Source: Minutocellus sp. GHC0000111
Lineage: Eukaryota
Direction of reading: 5' to 3'
Length of the DNA stretch: 64,000 bases
Assembly: GCA_977018835.1 (NCBI GenBank)
Contig: OZ361256.1
Span: 1,302,001 to 1,366,000, forward strand
In this document: piece after piece, positions 59,151 through 64,000 of the stretch
How positions within the stretch are numbered: position 1 is the stretch's first letter
Layout of the letters: the number at the start of each line of letters is the position of its first letter
Position numbers and translations under genes: made by a program
The notes under the pieces: generated by a model
What the model was told of the DNA's origin: nothing
The model's input: the letters and a program-made list of their open reading frames with translations, nothing else
Databases searched by the model: none

Positions 59151-59428
59151 TCAACTGACCAAGCCACAACCATCTGCGATTGCTGCCGTTGCAATTGCTA
59201 AGTCAGCTTACAGTACCGGCTCCCAGAGCCTGTCTCTCTCTCTCTCAGTAGTTAGTTAGTTTTAAATTCCCTCAAACCGCCTCCTCACCCTCTAAGAAGT
59301 TTCATTTACCGCCTCATCAACTGACCAAGCCACAACCATCTGCGATTGCTGCCGTTGCAATTGCTAAGTCAGCTTACAGTACCGGCTCCCAGAGCCTGTC
59401 TCTCTCTCTCAGTAGTTAGTTAGTTTTA
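59151..59428 (+). repeat. Direct repeat pair 59151-59264 / 59317-59428 at the 5' side of the retroelement
   Basis: tcaactgaccaagcc...(tc)n agtagttagttagtttta repeated; the copies differ by one TC unit. Confidence 0.92.
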
Positions 59429-59546
59429 GCATGAGGTTGGTGCTACTCTACGAGTTCGTAATTATTGGCCGACACACCACCACTGCTGTTAGTCCAGAGA
59501 CCACAGTCGACTCCGGAGTCAAACGGCCACACGGCTCAGCTCTCCG

Positions 59547-61022
59547 TTGATAGTGCACGTAGATCCGATACCAGTCTCTACGACGGCAGAACAGTGCATG
59601 GCCGAACCAGATCGACCGGAACTGGATCACGTGTTGTTCGGAGTGGCAAGAGACCTCATCGTCCGAGGAGACTCTCCTGACCTTCCACGAGGCTGGGACA
59701 GACTCAGACGTCAGATTCGGCCCGGGCGCAGAAGTTTCTTCACAGCCAGGGCGTCGTCCGAGAGACTGACCACAGACGCACTGGATTGGTGGAAAAGTTT
59801 TGCCGAGGGCCGAATCGACGTTACCGAGTACCTCACCGATCTCGTCGAGCGCGCCACAGGCTACCTCCCATCGAGAGCCACGGGGTACCAGCCATCCCCA
59901 GCAGCAGCCGTTTCACACCTTACTCCAGTAGCGCACGGTCTGGTCGCCGAGCACCTCGAGCAACAAGCCTTCTTGGTGTCACCGGACTGGCCCACGTACC
60001 TCGTCAACATCTGGCTGATAGCCACGCGCCTTACCGAGCCTGAGATCCGCCGGGCACACGAGACGGCAACTGAGTTGGACCTGAGCAGTGCACTGCACCG
60101 ACTACCACGGGCAGACGGAGGCGTCGTGGTTCAACAGCATCGGGGGCGAAGGTGTCCGGAGGCATCGGTAGCAGCAGCGCGGCAACACCATTGCATCTGG
60201 CCCCAGCTCTGCTGGCTCACGCAGTGCATCCTCCACTACCAGGCCGACCGAAAAGAAAGACGGCGCATCGCGGCCAGAGAGGGCAGACCTCTAGAGCCGA
60301 CACCGCACGCTTGCATAGGTTCACGGGGGAGCGAGCTTCCACCAACGCTGCCGCTCACTTATTTCGAGTGGGAGGTAAGGCCACTCTTCTACCCACGTGA
60401 CGCACACGACCGAACCGAGCGGGCTGGCGTCAGTGTGGCATTGGAGCGAGGAGATCTCATCGGCCCTTTCGCCCTGATCACCCAGTTCCCGCTGGATTCG
60501 CCGTACCCGTTCCAGAGACGGCAGTGCCTACGACCGGACCAACTCACTGAAGCTGTTATCAACTGGGACAGTGGATTCGAGAGCCTCACCAGCGCTCGAC
60601 TCCGACACACTCGGCCTGACAGCAATCCTCTTGGACACCGAGTGGAGGTCAACCCGTGCGAACACTGGGGAAGGCTGGCAGACCTAACGGCGTCCCCCTC
60701 ACACCGCTGGGCAGGCACCTGCCATCGAGTCTATCCGAGGTGGCTAGACGATGCGGCCGATCCAAATCGCTGGGAGGGCACCCACTACCGCGTCTGGCCA
60801 AGAGCATCAATTCACCGGCGCCCCGACGATCTCGAGGCACCTATCCGCCTGCGAGATATCACCGCCGACATTTTGGCATCAGAGCCACCGCGTCAGGCAT
60901 TCAACATCCTTCTATCCGCCTTTGGAGAGCCCGACATCGCCGACCGCATCCTCACCCTCACGGCCGATCTGAACCACATCCAGCGCCGAGAGGACCGACG
61001 CCGAAGGCGACAGGCAAGGTGA
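59547..61022 (+). CDS. Retroelement 5' ORF of unknown function
   Basis: 491-codon ORF between the terminal repeats and the gag-like ORF; no domain recognised. Confidence 0.5.
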   Translation: MIVHVDPIPVSTTAEQCMAEPDRPELDHVLFGVARDLIVRGDSPDLPRGWDRLRRQIRPGRRSFFTARASSERLTTDALDWWKSFAEGRIDVTEYLTDLVERATGYLPSRATGYQPSPAAAVSHLTPVAHGLVAEHLEQQAFLVSPDWPTYLVNIWLIATRLTEPEIRRAHETATELDLSSALHRLPRADGGVVVQQHRGRRCPEASVAAARQHHCIWPQLCWLTQCILHYQADRKERRRIAAREGRPLEPTPHACIGSRGSELPPTLPLTYFEWEVRPLFYPRDAHDRTERAGVSVALERGDLIGPFALITQFPLDSPYPFQRRQCLRPDQLTEAVINWDSGFESLTSARLRHTRPDSNPLGHRVEVNPCEHWGRLADLTASPSHRWAGTCHRVYPRWLDDAADPNRWEGTHYRVWPRASIHRRPDDLEAPIRLRDITADILASEPPRQAFNILLSAFGEPDIADRILTLTADLNHIQRREDRRRRRQAR

Positions 61023-61038
61023 TCGAGCATTGATCACC

Positions 61039-61635
61039 ATGGCTTCATCTTTCAACACCTGGAAGTCAGTCCTGCTGGCACAAGAGATGCCGGCCGGGGC
61101 CGACGCCGCCGCAGCTCGAGATTTCCAGAGATTCCTCGCCGACAACGTCTGTGAAACCGACCCCACGGCCGCCATGGTCCAGAGCCATGCCCGAGCGATC
61201 CAGCAGCAAACCCGCGACGCCGAGGGTTTGTCCATGCTGGCCCACCATCCAGAAGGGAAAGTCGTGGTGATTCACCATGCCGTGGCTCAGGGAGGCACCA
61301 CCATGCAGCCCGACCTCAGGTTGGGTGGGCTCCTCGGGATCGACGATGTAGCCCCGGCAACATCGTTGGCCCAACCTAGCCTCTTGCGGCACAAGGAGGT
61401 CCTAGCCCCATCGGTGGAAGCCATGCTGGGGGCACCGTCAGAAGCCGCCCTAACCGGTCTCACCCAGGAAGGCTCCAACACCCGCCACCGGAGTGCCTCC
61501 ACGAAGTTTAAGTCCCTTGTGCTGCTGCCACCTTCGATTCTCCACCACGGTCGGACAGACCCGCATGCTCGTGAAAGTGCAGCATGTGCACATCTCACCT
61601 TTTTCTCGCCTCATGCAATTCCACGTGGGAACTAG
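61039..61635 (+). pseudogene. Truncated gag-like ORF of the retroelement
   Basis: MASSFNTWKSVLL...VIHH...LLPP, ending abruptly where the pol frame begins; position is typical of a DIRS-type gag ORF. Confidence 0.5.
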
Positions 61636-64000
61636 AGCCCATCTTCGATGTTTCCACCTTGGTGCAGCACGTCCGACGAGCAGTCGAGTCCCCGTCGGCC
61701 ACACCGAAGCCCACGGAGTTCAGATTTGAGCTCTTGACGGAGGAGGCCGCCGCTCACAATTGGTCGGTCCTCAAGAAACACGATCGTTCTCTGAGCAGGG
61801 CACTCGAGGCGCAGGGCGGGTCGCCACTCCAACCGGGATCGGAGTTCAGAGACCTGAGTCTTCTGGAGCCGACTCTTGGCCGGCACCCTCTGTGGCCCCG
61901 CTTCCGCTCCACTCTTGACAGTGGATCCGACTGGGCCCTCGATCCGGTGAGCGACGAAAGCAGACTGGACAGCGTGACAAAGAACATCGGCCGAGGCAAC
62001 CACAAATCGGCCAGGGACAGGCCGGAGGCACTCAAGGACCAAGTTCTCGACGACGTGACCCGCGGCTTCGCCCTCCCTCTGCCAGCAAAGGTCGCGCCCC
62101 TCATTCCTGGAGCGGAGGTGGCTCCGATGGGGGTTTGGTGGCACAGAACACGATCAGCGAGGCTGGCGAGATCATGCCCAAGGACCGCCTGACTCACGAC
62201 CAATCCTTCGAGATCGGCACCGCACGGTCCGTCAACAACAGAGTGCGCATGGAGGACCACCAGCCAGTGGTGTTCGGCCATGCCCTCCGGCGAGTGATCC
62301 ACTGCATCGTGGACGCCCGTCACAAGCATCCCCGTGCTCCCATCCTCCTGCAGAAGGTCGACTTCAAGGCTGCGTGTCGCCGGGCCCACTTGGCTCCCAG
62401 CACGGCCGTCAAAACGATCACCACCCTGGATGGCATTGCCCTCATGTCCCTCCGGCTGACTTTCGGCGGCCGCCCTTGCCCGAGCGAATGGTGGTGCAAC
62501 ACATCCGAATCGGCGGCCGACCTGGCCAGGGCCCTCCTGCAACGCTCGGACTGGGACCCGTCAGAGCTCCACAGCCCCCAGCAGAAGCACTTGGGTCGCC
62601 CCAAGGTGGAGGGCGACGATGTGCCATTCGCGCCGGCCCTGGACATGATCGTGACCCTTCCCGACAACAAGGATGGCATCGTCGAGCCGCACATCGATGA
62701 CCTCATCGCCGCAGCCCCTGACCTGGGCGACAACAAGGATCGGACATCCGCTGCCACCCTCCTCGCCATCCACGCGCTTGGCCGACCGGTGTCCGACAGC
62801 GAGCCACTGCCCAGAGATGACCTTGCCTCCATCAAGAAGCTGCTCGCCGAGGGGACGCCTTCCGAAGCACTGTGTCTCTTGGGGTGGGATGCTGACACCC
62901 GGCGGCTCCTGCTGAGGCTCCCTTGGAGCAAGTGCCTGGCCTGGCGCGATGACATGCTTCGGCTCCTCAGAGCCCGCGGCGCCACCAGATCAGAGCTGGA
63001 CACCTTGGTCGGAAGGCTAAACCACGTCGGATGCATCATTCCAGCCGCACGACACTTCCTCTCAGCCGCCTTCGGGATCGGCTCTGGAAGGCCCGCCGCC
63101 ACGGCCGCCAACGGCTCGACTCTGAGGATGCAGAAGACCTCAACCTGTGGCTCCGCTTCCTCCGAAGGGCCGCCGGTGGCATGAGCATGAACCTCCTCAC
63201 GTGCCGTTGCCCCACCCACGAGTGCACAAGTGACGCCTGCGAGCACGGCATCGGCGGATGGTCCTCATCCGGCAGAGCGTGGAGATTTGCCCTCCCCGAG
63301 GAGCCATGGGGCCGGTTCACCCTCAATTACCTGGAATTCCTCGCCGCCGTCATCGGCCCATGGATCGACCACATCGAGGGCAACCTGCCAACCCTCTCCT
63401 GCGTGCTGTCGGGGACCGACAGCACCACGGCCGAGGGATGGCTCAGGAAGTCGAACTTCGTGTCTCACGGCGAGAAGGATGCCGACGTAGCGGTCAAGCT
63501 GGCCACGGCGCGGAAACTAGCCGACATGCTCATCGAGACCAACACCATGCTGCTGTGCTCACAGTGGTTCCAGGGGAAGCGCAATCCGGAGGCCGATTCT
63601 CTTTCTCGTGATGCCGATCTCTCTGATGCTGACCTCACGAAATTGCTTCTGTCATCTCCCGAATGTCAGCTTCCCTCAAATTTCAGGATTGCACCACTGC
63701 CCAACGAGATCACTTCCTGGATTGTCTCGCAGGCGCGGACGCTGCCCCCGTCAGGAAGCAGTTACAACGGCCACTGCCGAGAAGCACGCTCTCTCGCGCG
63801 TGGAGCCGCTGGACTGAGTTCCTGCAGCTCATCGGGACCGGGGACGACGTCTTCCTCGACAAGGTGTCACCCCGAGACCGAACAGTCATTCTCGGCGCCT
63901 TTGCCCACGCCGTCCGACAGGCCACCAGCTTTTCGGGGCCAAAGTTTTCGCGACTGGCTGCGTCGACAGTCCGAGACACCGTCTCACATGCACGTGCTCT
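61584..64000 (+). pseudogene. RT-RNase H (pol) pseudogene, frameshifts at about 62132 and 63062, catalytic YIDD changed to HIDD
   Basis: SPLQPGSEFR..LEP.LGRHPLW, RGNHKSA, RT and RNase H motifs spread over three frames. Confidence 0.88.

Larger units (their letters stand above)
59151..64000 (+). mobile_element. Degenerate DIRS/Ngaro-like tyrosine-recombinase retrotransposon (continues past the window)
   Basis: Terminal direct repeats, two 5' ORFs, RT (RLTHDQS, KVDFKAACRR, LRLTFGG, HIDD, LGW), RNase H (SDAC..GIGG, NYLEFLAA, TDSTTA.GW, N..ADSLSR) and the start of an overlapping YR-like frame (WSRWTEFL...LGAFAHAVR...ASTVRDTVS). Confidence 0.88.

Noticed and set aside
1..64000. tRNA, rRNA or CRISPR arrays
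   Set aside because: None recognised by eye; a covariance-model scan was not possible.

Overview
Eukaryotic, gene-dense genomic DNA with short GT-AG introns, most likely a diatom (bipartite signal + ASAFAP-type plastid leaders, diatom-type repeat families). A KIF6-type kinesin-9 points to a centric lineage with flagellated gametes. About 25 protein-coding genes occupy 1-58.3 kb: MFS transporter, Cys-less pentameric ligand-gated channel, GTP cyclohydrolase II/DHBP synthase, IAH1-like esterase, ER FKBP, PRP4 kinase, GH79, COQ6, HAD hydrolase, ankyrin-DHHC, STAND/AAA-TPR, TPR protein, kinesin-9, a cluster of Cys-rich single-pass proteins and several unknowns. A degenerate DIRS/Ngaro-type tyrosine-recombinase retrotransposon runs from about 59.15 kb off the right edge. 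Most notable: (1) the retroelement has been almost stripped of TpA by apparent TA->CA/TG changes on both strands (YIDD->HIDD etc.), a 'reverse-RIP'-like signature; (2) intergenic DNA is packed with TA-x-TA micro-palindromes resembling Tc1/mariner excision footprints, two of which sit inside conserved genes; (3) a head-to-head pair of plastid-targeted Y/G/R/D-rich repeat proteins sharing RLSDxG and ST[YF]KPLF motifs (candidate pyrenoid/condensate linkers); (4) a 2.44-kb near-perfect palindrome duplicating a surface-protein ectodomain. Several single-base frameshifts, mostly in homopolymers, look like consensus errors. All calls are from reading the sequence by eye; no searches were run.
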